Origin: Diplonema japonicum | Lineage: Eukaryota > Protista > Euglenozoa: Diplonemea | Direction of reading: 5' to 3' | Assembly (NCBI GenBank): GCA_964019335.1 | Contig: OZ025668.1 | Span: 434,001-498,000 of the forward strand | DNA length: 64,000 nt | Shown: positions 1-10,441 of the stretch, piece by piece | Layout: each line of letters starts with the position of its first letter | Numbering within the stretch: position 1 is the stretch's first letter | Position numbers and translations under genes: made by a program | The notes under the pieces: generated by a model | Databases searched by the model: none | What the model saw: the letters and a program-made list of their open reading frames with translations, nothing else | Told to the model about the DNA's origin: nothing

Positions 1-1147
1 CCAAAGTGCATGTCCTGCAGGCCCACACATTAGGGTTGTGCATGGCTGGCTGTGTCGGCTTTGGGGGTTCGCTGTACCCGCCCTGCCTTGACTTCTGCAG
101 TTCGTCCTTGACACGCATCATCTCCTGCTTCAGCTGTGCTATCTCAGACTGCTGTGCGTTGTCTTTTAGTGCCCCGTACCCGCCAGTGCCCATGCTGACC
201 CCTGCCGCACCCATCCCGACACCAGCACCACTGTGGTCACCATTGTACGTACCAAGCGCCGTACCCATGCCCAGCCCCGTGGAGCCCGCACCCACGCTCG
301 GTACACCCAGACCGCTCGTGAGCCCAGAGCCTCCTGTTGCAGTTGCACCCGGCATCCCAGCTATCCCCATACTCAAGCCACTGGGGGTAGCTGTAGTGTT
401 GATGCCAGGTGTGGCAAGCGGCATGGTGCCTGTAGAATTATGGACATCGGGTGCGAGCCCAGCACCATGGCTGAGAGGTGTTGTGGATGCAGGCATGCTG
501 TAGTTAGTGGCTGTCGCTGTAGCCGGTGTTGTGGATGCAGGCATGCTGTAGTTAGTGGCTGCTGTAACTGGTGCTGGTGTTGTGGATGCAGGCATGCTGT
601 AGTTAGTGGCTGTTGTTGTAGCTGGTGTTGCGGACGCGGGCATGCTGAGGCCCGTGGCTCCTGCTGTGGGGTAACCTGCAGTTGTAGGCGTGCTGTAGTT
701 AGTAGGGGCGGGGGCTATCCCAGCCGATGCATGCATATTAAAGCCCGGAGTACCTGCTCCACCGGCTGTGGGTGCAGGCAAACCAACAAGGGGAGTTGTG
801 GATGCAAACACACCTGTAGTAGCCATACCACCTGTTCCAGCAGGTGAAGGCACACCCATGGACGCAGGCACCGTCGGGTTGGTTACAGTGGAGGGAGGCA
901 TGCTGTAGCCATTAGGTATGCTGTAGCCGGGGGCTGTAGGAGTTGTAGAAGTAGTGCTAAACCCAGTTGTAGCAGTGGGCATGGTGTAGGCGCCTGGCGT
1001 ACTCCCCATGTTCGCTGGTGTGGGGTGGGAAACTGGCGCCGGGGTTGGGTTCACCGCTGCAGCAGTTGGCGTAAGGCCAAAAATATCATCAAGAGTAGCC
1101 CCCCCGGACTGCGCGGGGGCTGCTACCACCGGCTGCGGTGCGTACAT
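1..1147 (-). CDS. Pro/Thr/Ala/Gly-rich protein with coiled coil and start of a RanBP2/NZF-type zinc finger (partial, runs off window)
   Basis: Not in the ORF track because it has no stop in the window. Open - frame from ATG 1147 (MYAPQPVV...) to the edge, ending ...QLKQEMMRVKDELQK...NVWACRTCTL, which fits W-x-C-x2-C-T. Confidence 0.75.
   Translation of the reverse strand, partial: MYAPQPVVAAPAQSGGATLDDIFGLTPTAAAVNPTPAPVSHPTPANMGSTPGAYTMPTATTGFSTTSTTPTAPGYSIPNGYSMPPSTVTNPTVPASMGVPSPAGTGGMATTGVFASTTPLVGLPAPTAGGAGTPGFNMHASAGIAPAPTNYSTPTTAGYPTAGATGLSMPASATPATTTATNYSMPASTTPAPVTAATNYSMPASTTPATATATNYSMPASTTPLSHGAGLAPDVHNSTGTMPLATPGINTTATPSGLSMGIAGMPGATATGGSGLTSGLGVPSVGAGSTGLGMGTALGTYNGDHSGAGVGMGAAGVSMGTGGYGALKDNAQQSEIAQLKQEMMRVKDELQKSRQGGYSEPPKPTQPAMHNPNVWACRTCTL
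477..647. repeat. Coding tandem repeat, 48-51 bp unit x3.5
   Basis: Unit ggtgttgtggatgcaggcatgctgtagttagtggctg starts at 477, 525, 576 and 624; it encodes TNYSMPASTTPA on the - strand. Confidence 0.9.
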
Positions 1148-1296
1148 TGGTTGTTGTTTTCCTCTTCTTTTTTTCTTTGTGTGTTTCTTTTTTTTTTTCT
1201 CCTTCTTGTGTTGTATTCGCGGCGGCATGGGCGATGGCTTTGAGATATAAAAGGTGGTGGTTGAGATGGGAGTGGGAATGTGTAAAGAAAGAAAAA

Positions 1297-1490
1297 AAAA
1301 ATCACTATGATAGGAAGCGAAGTGGTTAGCAACGGCCCACCACCACAAAAAAAAAAAAATTCTTTATGACTATATGTCTTTGTTGTTCGCACGAGCAAAA
1401 AAGGTTTTTAAAAAGCTGCGAAAGTTTTTTGCTCGGCACAAGTTGCATATAGTTATAAAATCATTTTTTGAAAGATAAATATTTGTAACA
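1297..1490. repeat. Dispersed repeat family C, longest copy
   Basis: Segments recur at ~42957-43018, ~36566-36665 and ~61838-61878, and more weakly at ~18775-18815 and ~50118-50158. Internal 11-bp inverted repeat cgagcaaaaaa...ttttttgctcg. Confidence 0.75.
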
Positions 1491-1505
1491 AAAAAAAAAA
1501 AAAAA

Positions 1506-2449
1506 GACATTTACAAAAAAGATGTCTTTGAGGGAACCTGCAGTATGTGACAGGATCGCCTAACGACAATCAACTCATCTAGTGTTTGATCCCTTCTGTC
1601 GTGGTAGTGCCTTAGGCCCGTCGTAGTATCTTTTCAGCAGCTTGGGCGTGAAACCAACTAGCGAGTTGTTGAGGATGCAATGAGTTCGTAACTGTTCCTC
1701 TAGGATAGGGTGGGTGACCTTCGGGGTTGCGAAGACCGGACGAGTGGAGTACCCAGTGATGGGTTGGCTGTGGAGCCCTAGGGTACGCAAAGAGTGTACT
1801 GATTTCCTAGGTTCTGCTGGAATCAGGTGACTCCCCGTGCCTTTTTGGTGAATCCTGTCCAAAACTCTTAGGATTCCGCCGATTTTTCTTGCCCAGCTCG
1901 CTAGGTCTTCACCCTCCATGTGGATCCTTTCTGTTGCAATTAGGTCGACCGCAAGTTCCGCCTTGGACACCTGCCCACCGTCCTTGCCCCACTTGAGGGC
2001 TTTCAGCCATTTGAGGATAAACGGGATTAGGCCTGGGAAGTACTTCTTCGCCAGCCCGTTCTTGTGGTACCAAGTGAGAGGTTTCGGGGTTAAGAGGTTC
2101 CCTGGCTGGAAAGGTCTATTCCAGAAGTGCTGGTTTTCGTACCTGACCTGCTTGTCGGCGTGCAGACAATCGAGTTTTCCTGCAATATCTGCAAGCATCA
2201 GGTGGAGTTCCTTGACTCTTGGCAGGCTGATGTCCGAGTCCGTAGTAATGATTCCGTGAATCTGGGTGCAGTTCGGCCAGCTCCTGTGTTCTTGCACCAG
2301 CCACTTGCGGTCGGCGTTGGCTGTCCTATAGCCGGCGTGTGCTGGACAGTGCCAAATGGTATGCTGCAGGAGGCTGCTGGTTCCATTCCTAACGTCGTAG
2401 AGTGCGTCACACCCGAGGCATTTCGCACGTGTGCCTGACAAATCGCCGT
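1506..2449 (-). mobile_element. 5'-truncated non-LTR retrotransposon (LINE) 3' end
   Basis: ORF 1575-2441 begins with a CCHC knuckle typical of LINE ORF2 C-termini (CLGC...HTIWHCP). Its end is repeated at 51100-51268. The 3' UTR stem-loop (1532-1561) is shared with the RT-bearing fragment at 53620-54346. T-tracts flank both sides. Confidence 0.8.
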
Positions 2450-3262
2450 AAAAAAAAAAGGAGGGAAAAAAGGTCGCAAAATAAATCTACTTACGAGTTC
2501 GGCAAAAATATTATGTACCTCCTTTCCCCCCCTCTTTTTTTTTTCTTTTGCTGGCGGCTCGCCTCTACTAGGGAACAAAAAAGAATAAGAAAAAAGGGGG
2601 GGTCTCTTTACCTGAATCACTGCAAATTAAAGTAACCCAAGGAGGACTGAGATGAAGAGAAAAATAGGGCCTTTTCGTGCGATTATGTAAATAAAGTTAC
2701 GAAGGGGCCCTTGGAGGAGAAAAAAAAAAGAAGAAATACTGGAAGGAGGAAGACAAAGGTCCTTGAACATACGTTTAAGTTGCTCTCTTTCTTCCTCGCA
2801 GTTTTATAACCCTGACGAGGAAAGGATGTATGTTTGTGCAGTCGAAAGAAGAAGAGAAAAAGAAAAAGAAAAACTCGATCTATTGTGCGGTGCGCTGGTT
2901 GGTGCCCACCGTGGTCTTACACTGTATTGTCCTTCTTCGGATTTTGGTGGTAGTGCTCTCTGATAGCACGTCTCAGCGCATCTCTCACCTGGTGCGTCCT
3001 CGTGTACCTTCCACTTAAAAAAAACATAAAAGATGAAGGAGGTTGTTGGAAAAACAGTCTCCACAGCAGGAGTGGGCGGGGGAGAAAAAAAAACCCACCC
3101 ACCCCCCCCCCCCCCCCCGTTTTACAAGAAAATGGTCAACTCACCGACAAAAGTACAGGAAAAAAAAAATCACTACAAAAAAAAAGGAATGAAGGAGAGG
3201 GAAAGGCAAGAAAGAGATGGAAATCCCTTCAACACGCACGTCCCCCCCCCCCCCCCCCCCCC

Positions 3263-6200
3263 CTACTTCGAGTCTAAAGCTCGAAACTCCCAAGAATCAG
3301 GCCGCTTGTTATCGTGAAAACCCAAGTAATTGATGATGTTAAGAGCTGCCAAGTCGTCATGAGAGTGGTAGAGTATCCGGTACAACTGGGATGCATGCTC
3401 CCACTCACCAGTAACATATAATGCGTGGGCCACACATGACAACTATTTTTTTTTTCCCTACCACTTTTTCCCCCTCCATACCTTCCGAAAAGAGACTGCA
3501 ACAGTACCAGACTCTTGGGCAAGTGCGAATTTTGAGATGCTTGAGCTAGTTCTGTTTATGTCAGGAAGGAGCGGGCTGACTAATTCATTCGCTTCCGCCT
3601 CAGCTTCCATGGAGCACACAAACCGCGCACTATGCGCGCTATGCATTGCCCACACACTGTTCATCAAATTCTCATACGCAGCACCAGCAGGAAGGAGATC
3701 CGAGGGGACTTCGCACCATTTCCCGAGCTGCACCGAACCTTCATAGAAGAGAAGTGGTGAGTTCGTTCCCTTAAGGGAGGCGAAGTCTACAGGACGTGTG
3801 TACAGTTCCTTGACCTGGCAAGAGAGAAGATTATAGATATCGGTGCTGATGAGTATTTGTATGCCGTATTGTCTGGTCGCAGCCTCCAAACGGGCGGCAA
3901 GCTGAATCGTTTAATTAAAAAAAAAAAAAAAAAAAACTCAAAGTGCAGGACAAACCCCCTCATGGAGGGCCGCCCTTGGGTGGGTTGGGGGGGGGGCTAT
4001 CATAGAGTCGCTATATTTCTGAGGACGTTCCGTAACTCTACCGGCAGCGGGCCGCAGTGTCCGTTTTCACAAAGCCTTAGCATTTGCTGTTTCGCACTGC
4101 GGATCTTGTGCTTCAGCTTTTCTAGTCTTTGTTGTCTGTTCGATGCCGCTCCGACCGCCGACTCCGCCGACCTCGCACTTAGCTCCGATTTCGTAGGCTC
4201 CCGTACTTTGCCTCTCCGGTGTACACGCTGCACGTCGGCCCCTTGTACCCATGTAATAGGTACTCCTCCGTGAGGTCTGATATCTCCGAGAAAGCTTCGG
4301 TGGGCTCCTGTGCTGCTATGAACTCCCGGTACCTCGACTTCTGCATCAGTGCCTTCGCCACCTCGCCAGGCGCCTTCTTGGTCTTCGGTATCTCCTGTGG
4401 GATGGTGTACCTCAGGACTTCTTGACGAAAAGCTGGGATGTTGAGTGTCACCGACAAGCATCGGTGGTCCGACCCGGTGATCATATCGCTTACTCCGCAA
4501 TGTTCGAGACCTTGGGCCGCGATGTTATTCAGCAGGACCCTGTCAATCCTCGTGCTGCAGTTGGTCCTAACGAACGTGTCCTCCGCCTGTACACCATCCC
4601 TTCTTGCACAGAACGCAGCGGCGTCTACCCAGTCTGTCTGTATAGCTTTCCTTAGCGTGGGGATCGTGTGCTTGCCCGGCCGTCGAAGGCGACGTGGATG
4701 GGCTGCTTCTTGGACTTGGACTCTCCCACGATAGGGGAGACGATGAGGGCGCCGCCGTCGGCCGTAATCAGGTGGATGTCGGTCTTCAGTGCGCGGGCGG
4801 TGGCTTGGATGGTAACCGGGTCCGCGGCGGTCCCCTCCCTGGCGTGCTGGGAGCAGTACAAGTCGTAGTCTCCGATGACATTCACCTGATACTCCTCGTT
4901 TCCTCGCAGCTCTTGTATCATGCGACGCCTAACGTCGCTCCCCTTCTTTCCCGTCTTCTCTCCGACCACTCCGTAGAAGGAGTTTCCGTTTCCAACCCCG
5001 TACCCCTTCCCGCGGGCTGTCATCCCGTACCCCTTCAAAGCTTTGTGAACGTCCATCTTAGACCGACGCGGTAGCTTAGATTGCCAATGTGTTTGCTGTC
5101 TGATATGATCTGATATGACTTGATATTTCTTCTCTTCTCTTCTCTTCTCCTTTTCGTTGCTGATCTGTGTCGCGCTTCAACTTTCAATATTTGTATTTTC
5201 TTTTCAAACCGTTGCTGAGTGAAACTTTATTGGCACGGTCGGACACCAATAAAGTACAGAAACTGTAGCTTTAGAATCGTTGGAAAAAAAAAAAAAAAAA
5301 AACACACACACACATTTACATGCGGAGACAGGTACGACACGTCTACCTTCATTTCACTGCCTATGGGGCCTTCGACAGCCCAACCGAAATGGATGCCGTA
5401 CCCAAGGTCACAAGTGTACCCGTTGCCTACCTTTTCACAGATCATTCTTAAGGGCACGTCGTGTTCGATACGCTCCGTGCACCGCAGGGCGAAGGCAAGA
5501 GACGTTTCCGCCTTTTTTTTTTTGTTTTATTTTTTTTTCCTTCTTTTAAAATCCATACGCATCTTCTGGAGCCCGAAAGGTTGTCGATTTGGTTGACCGA
5601 TTCGCGTCGGCCTTGGACGACACCAAGCCGCCAGGTGCAGAGGAAAGCATCGCCGATGTTTTTGTTGGGCATCCCGTCGCATTCCTTGACAGTGCGGTGG
5701 ACGATCGCGGCGATCTGGTTCACGAAGAACATCACGTCCTGCCGCAGAACCTCCGTCGCGGTGGTGAAATTCCGAATGTTGCAGAAAGCGAAGACCGCTT
5801 GCACGTTCCTCCCCGGGAGCATCGTGAACAGCGTGCCGTGCTGCAAGTTCTGGGAGATCACCTCCGTCCCCGCCTCACCGAAACCAACTTGTATCAAATT
5901 CCCAAGCTTCTTAATAGACCGCACCATATGACTCGCCTCGTTGTTCTCATATGTACTCAGTTCGGCTGACCAGTTAAATCGAGCCAAAGGGTTCACCACC
6001 AATGTGTCAACAACACGTACCATTCGCTCAATGGGAGCTACTAGAACTATCTGAACATCGGTGATGATCAGGAAGTTGAACATCACCATAGAGAAGATCA
6101 CGAAGATCGTCAGGCAGACCGACAGGATGGCGACAGTCGCATTATGATCCTTTTTGTGCAGCACGAGCTCCCCTCTTGTGCTGTTGACCTGCATCGTGAC

Positions 6201-7313
6201 CTTGGAAAGATCTATCTCACGGTATTTTCCGAAATCCCGCGACCCGTAAAACACTGTGCTGTTCACAGCGATGTACAACAACTCAGACCCGTACTCGTTG
6301 AACAGGGATCCGACGGTGTCGGGTTTTGGATTGTAAATGATAAGAGAGAGGTACACTTCTTGACTGTCAAGTGCGTCAGCAGGGGGACTGGTAAGGAGCA
6401 TAGAGCCGAGGATGACCAACAGTACTAAACATGCGTTTTTTGTGGTCAATTTGGTGTTGATCTCCATTCCCACTTTGCTTGGTGCTGCGCTCACCTCATT
6501 TTGCCCGTCGTTGAAACCATCTTCGAAGTCGTACACCGTGTGTTGTTTCCGACAGCAAAGCCAATCGCAAGCTTTCGTAACATGCCCCACACGGCCTAAC
6601 ATGGTGCCTATCCGACCCGCTCTCCCAACTCTCGCCAATGCGAAATTGATTCCTTGTTGCCGCGAGCTATCCCACACCCCGAAAAAAACTAAGATATCCG
6701 GAACAACAGAAAACATCGCAACAAGATCCAACCACAGAAAGACAGATTTGACGTATTTGCCTTGAAAGGTCAGAGCTTGCAAGATGACCTCAATGAGCAG
6801 CAACACACCAACAACAAGGGTGATGCAAAGAACGACCATGTCAGCCTCCTTGGGAAGGATGAGGTAGAACAGGTCATTGGAGAAGAGAAGGTGAAATGTC
6901 CCTACAGCAAGGAGGGTCTTGGTGGTCTGCAGGGAAAGGAATACCTCACACTTGCATCGCAACCTTTCGCAGAATGGATCGCCGCCGGTGTTTCGGAGTG
7001 TTGAAACAGAACATGACTGGTCGTCGTAGTCCGACAGCTCCTTCACAAGATGGAGCTCCTTCATCAGGGCGAAGGAGGAATCAGCGATCGTTTTGTTCTC
7101 CGGCCTTGCCCCCAGCCACGACCTCGATCCTGTCGAACTTGACATTCTGCTTGTCTTGCTATGCAGCACGCTAAACATGTGACCCTCAGCTCCCGACTTC
7201 TCCAAGTCATCGTTGTTGCCCTTCTGCCTCATCTCTGTCTCATACACAGGCACTGTGAACGATTTTCGCTGTGGCGACAGTTTGAACACCGGAAACTGCT
7301 CATTGGACGACAT
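3263..7313 (-). CDS. Ion-transport-domain / class III adenylyl cyclase, 4 exons (7313-5559, 5511-5314, 3901-3482, 3442-3263), 850 aa
   Basis: TM helices with an S4-like LARVGRAGRIGTMLGR segment and a HAMP-like PIERM. Cyclase motifs FCNIRNFT, NKNIGDAFL, GIHFGWAVEGPIGS and YLSPHVN|LAARLEA, the last joined across intron 3902-5313. All three introns are GT-AG and keep the frame. Confidence 0.9.
3937..5283 (-). mobile_element. Internally deleted non-LTR retroelement (SL exon + OTU-like domain + APE fragment) inside cyclase intron 2
   Basis: Flanked by T19 and T20; removing it leaves a 45-46 nt intron like the others. ORF 5056-4652 is OTU-like (GNGNSFY...GTAADPVTIQATARAL...IHVAFDG). A shifted frame from ~4677 reads DTFVRTNCSTRIDRVLLN...GSDHRCLSVTL, the C-terminal APE motifs. 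No RT domain. Confidence 0.8.
5247..5283 (-). other. Spliced-leader exon relic (37 of 39 nt), diplonemid type
   Basis: - strand reads CCAACGATTCTAAAGCTACAGTTTCTGTACTTTATTG. It carries the euglenozoan SL core ACAGTTTCTGTACT.TATTG and matches the diplonemid (AA)CCAACG start as I recall it. Confidence 0.9.
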
Positions 7314-7562
7314 CTCACTGCAACGAATGGGGTCGGTGGGAACACCACCTCACCCCCACTTCCGCTCCTTTCTCGCTGCTTTTTCTAGTTTTTTTTTTTT
7401 AATACCCCCTTTTGTTTTCTCCTTTTCTTTCCCCCTCCCCCCCTCTTTTTTTTTCCACCCGTCCCGTTCTCCCTTCCCCTTCCTTTTTTTTTTATGAAAT
7501 TAATTCTTTTTTTGAAATAAAACGAAAAAACGGGAGGGTTTTTTTTTGACTTAACGAAGTAT

Positions 7563-8294
7563 CTAGTAAGCAGGATACGATCTAGTGGTATAAACAATGG
7601 GAGCAGGAAGAGGAGGCGGTGAGATGCTGCCGTAAGAGTCGAGTTGCGTCTGTGAGATGATGGTGTTGCAGGACTTGACTTCGTCGAGGGACATCAAGCG
7701 CCACAGGCGTTGCAGCTCGTCGTCTCGCGGTGATGACGGCGTGGACGCGACGGAAGGGACGGAACACTCCCTCACAGGGATGATGGGCGGCTGTATGATG
7801 ACCTCGATGTCGGGCTCTACCAAGGCAGGGGACACTGGTGTGTAGGAATACACGCAAGACGAAAGCGCTGAAGACGACTGTGGTGCTTCGAGTACATTTT
7901 TATTCACAACAGGCATGAGAACAGGCTCCGCACGTATACATCTGCGACGTGAGGTCACCTTCTCCACAACCCTCTCGCTGTTGAAACTGTTAAGATTGCT
8001 GATATCCATCGGAGGTCTCGGCTGAGTTAGCATAACGCTTACGGTACTCTCCTCTTGCCAAGCATTGCTTGTTGCCGCCTGTGTCTTCTCAACTGGCGCA
8101 AGCTGCGGCATTGTCGCCCTTACAGGTCTTTTAACAGGCCGTGGTGGATTTGTGCTGCTTGATTTTGTAGAGGATTCGCTTCGGCAGCCTCCGCAGTCGT
8201 AGGTTACTATAGGAGACTTTCTTTTGCATGTGGAGCAGTTCGGGCTGCTGAGCCTGTTTATCGTGTCACATTTGCAAACCCACCCACGGGGCAT
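7563..8294 (-). CDS. Hypothetical protein with N-terminal RanBP2-like zinc finger
   Basis: 243-aa ORF starting MPRGWVCKCDTINRLSSPNCSTC, followed by a Ser/Pro-rich region. Confidence 0.7.
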   Translation of the reverse strand: MPRGWVCKCDTINRLSSPNCSTCKRKSPIVTYDCGGCRSESSTKSSSTNPPRPVKRPVRATMPQLAPVEKTQAATSNAWQEESTVSVMLTQPRPPMDISNLNSFNSERVVEKVTSRRRCIRAEPVLMPVVNKNVLEAPQSSSALSSCVYSYTPVSPALVEPDIEVIIQPPIIPVRECSVPSVASTPSSPRDDELQRLWRLMSLDEVKSCNTIISQTQLDSYGSISPPPLPAPIVYTTRSYPAY

Positions 8295-8432
8295 TGCATT
8301 TGGGGGGTGTTCCTGTTGTGTTGGTTTTTTGGGGATATCAACTTACGAGTGCTAAACACATAAACAGAAAATAATAACAGAATAAAGTGTACAAGCGTAA
8401 ATAGCACTATCTATTTTTATAACAAAAATTCT

Positions 8433-10002
8433 ATATATGGTCACCTCTCCGCTATTTGTCACAAAGTACTGCCCGCAAATTTCATATTTCTTTAAGTGTA
8501 AAAATCAAAAGCCGTGCCTGGATTTGCTCCAGAAGTGGAATAAAATTTTGAATAAGAAAATCATGGCTAGGTGCTGTCATTTTTTTTACTTTCTTTAAAC
8601 CCAGCGAAAATTAAGCAGGATTTACACTACTTTTCCCTTTAATTCCATGTCAAAGTTGTGCAAACTGTGTTCATACGCCACGAGAACCGGTATCTTGTTA
8701 TCCAGCTTCCCTCAGGCCATGCAGTCGAAGCTGTTGGGGTCACACATTGTGAAGTCGTGAAGCCCTTCAAGGGTAGTGACTTCAGAGCAGTCGGTGCAGC
8801 CGATACGGCGCATAGCGGCGTTGTGGGCTTCTAAGACGGGTTTGGGTGTGGGTCTTGCATCAGCACCTCGGTGTCTGTGGGCACTGGCAAGGTCCCTGGG
8901 ACCTGGGGGACCTGGGTACCAAAAAGTTTTCTGGAGACCCACACACACTTGGCACCCCAAAAAACAGACTTTATTTTTTTTTCTCTGGGGCCACCTGGCT
9001 GGTGTCCCCCCCAGTAGGGGCCCTACCAAGGCTGATTTTGCCATTTTTTGGAACTTTTCCATTGGGAAATTTGGCCTGATTTGTCTCGGGCGTTTCTTCA
9101 GGAAGGTGGAGTAGCCAACTACATCAGCACCCGAGCCCAGGTACTGTACGTAGAACTCATGAAAAGTGCCTTGGACGTAACGCAGCCCAATGCGTTGATC
9201 ACTCCCGGGAGAAACACGAATTTTGATGCAGAATCGATTCATTTTGCCACCAAGTCACAATAGCGCAGGCTATGCCTGTCGACAATGTATCAGAACGCAT
9301 TTTCCCTGCGGGGGACTCTCGTGTTCTGTAACACAAACGCGTGTCACTGTTGCCCAAGGAAAAGAACTTGACGATGTCCTTCGGGTCGACATCCTTGTCC
9401 AAGAAGGGCTGTTTTGAACCACCGTTTCTCCCACCGAATTCATCCGGCTCTTTGCAGTAGATGCCGAAAAACCGCTGCAAGAGTCCCAACAGCACCCCAC
9501 AAGTACCTCATGGTGTTTGCTGGGCCAAAAGAGCACTTAGAAGTGTCGCTGTGTAGAAAATCTGATTTTATTGCCTGAATCAGGAGGGCCAAAAACAGGC
9601 CAAAAAACGCACACAAATTGGCTCACTAGTGCCCACCGAAGATCGTACAGAGACAAAAGTACCTTCCAGTGGAACCCCTCTTGGGCTGCAGATTGTCAAT
9701 AAAATTTTGAATAAGAGATCTATGGTTAAATGCTGCGCGTTTCTGGGTGAATAAATCGGGATTTGCTGCATTTTCCCGTTTTCGTGGCAGCCGAATTTCG
9801 GTTCATTTTTATGTTTCATCCCTCCACATTGTATTTTTTTCTCAAAAGCAAGCCCTTTAACGGAGTTTTCGGGACTATTTACACGTTTCTTTCATACTTC
9901 CTGTGGTTGCATGCTGCCCCTTTTTTGTGAATATTTAAAAAAGCGTTTTTTTCGCATTTTTCGAAAAAAGCATTGACAAATAGCGGAGAGGTGACCATAT
10001 AT
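8433..10002 (-). mobile_element. DNA transposon remnant with perfect 29-bp inverted termini and decayed Cys-rich transposase fragments
   Basis: atatatggtcacctctccgctatttgtca (8433-8461) is the exact reverse complement of 9974-10002; the outer AT/ATAT is a likely TSD. Internal broken frames include EFYVQY...VGYSTFLKKRP, CQCP and CDPNSFDCM. Superfamily is uncertain (Sola-like by recollection). Confidence 0.85.
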
Positions 10003-10012
10003 CCTTTTTTAT

Positions 10013-10339
10013 CTATGCCCTCATGTGACGTCTGTCGGGCTTCCACGGCACGGTGGGGGGCGACGAAAAGGGGAAGTTCGGGAGGGAGTGAGAGGACACG
10101 AAAGATGTGCTCTTACTACTGACGCTCCTGCTGGGCGAGGAGAGAAATGTGGAAGAGGATACTAGGCTCGATAAGCTTGATGCATCCTCGTCACTGCTGC
10201 AGACACTGCCCGATCCCTGCCTCGACAGGTCTTCAAAAGAAATCCCCTCCCCGTCTCTTCTGTAACCGTGCGTCACAGACCGCAAGAAGTTGAACACATG
10301 CCCATTAGGCTCCTTCCTCAATCGTTGCGTTCCATGCAT
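10013..10339 (-). CDS. Small Ser-rich hypothetical protein
   Basis: 108-aa ORF with coding-like composition on the cluster strand, ATG after an A-tract; no motif recognised. Confidence 0.4.
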   Translation of the reverse strand: MHGTQRLRKEPNGHVFNFLRSVTHGYRRDGEGISFEDLSRQGSGSVCSSDEDASSLSSLVSSSTFLSSPSRSVSSKSTSFVSSHSLPNFPFSSPPTVPWKPDRRHMRA

Positions 10340-10441
10340 GTCTTTTTTTTTTTTTCCCCCTTTTCTCTGAGCAATTCTTTTTTTTTTTTTTTTTTATTTT
10401 TTCCGAAAATATGGAAAAAAAAAAAAAAAAAGAGAAAAAAA

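Noticed and set aside
5150-5283. Functional SL RNA gene
   Set aside because: The first 2 nt are missing, a T-tract lies immediately upstream, no GTATG-type SL intron is present, and the sequence runs into a retroelement ORF.
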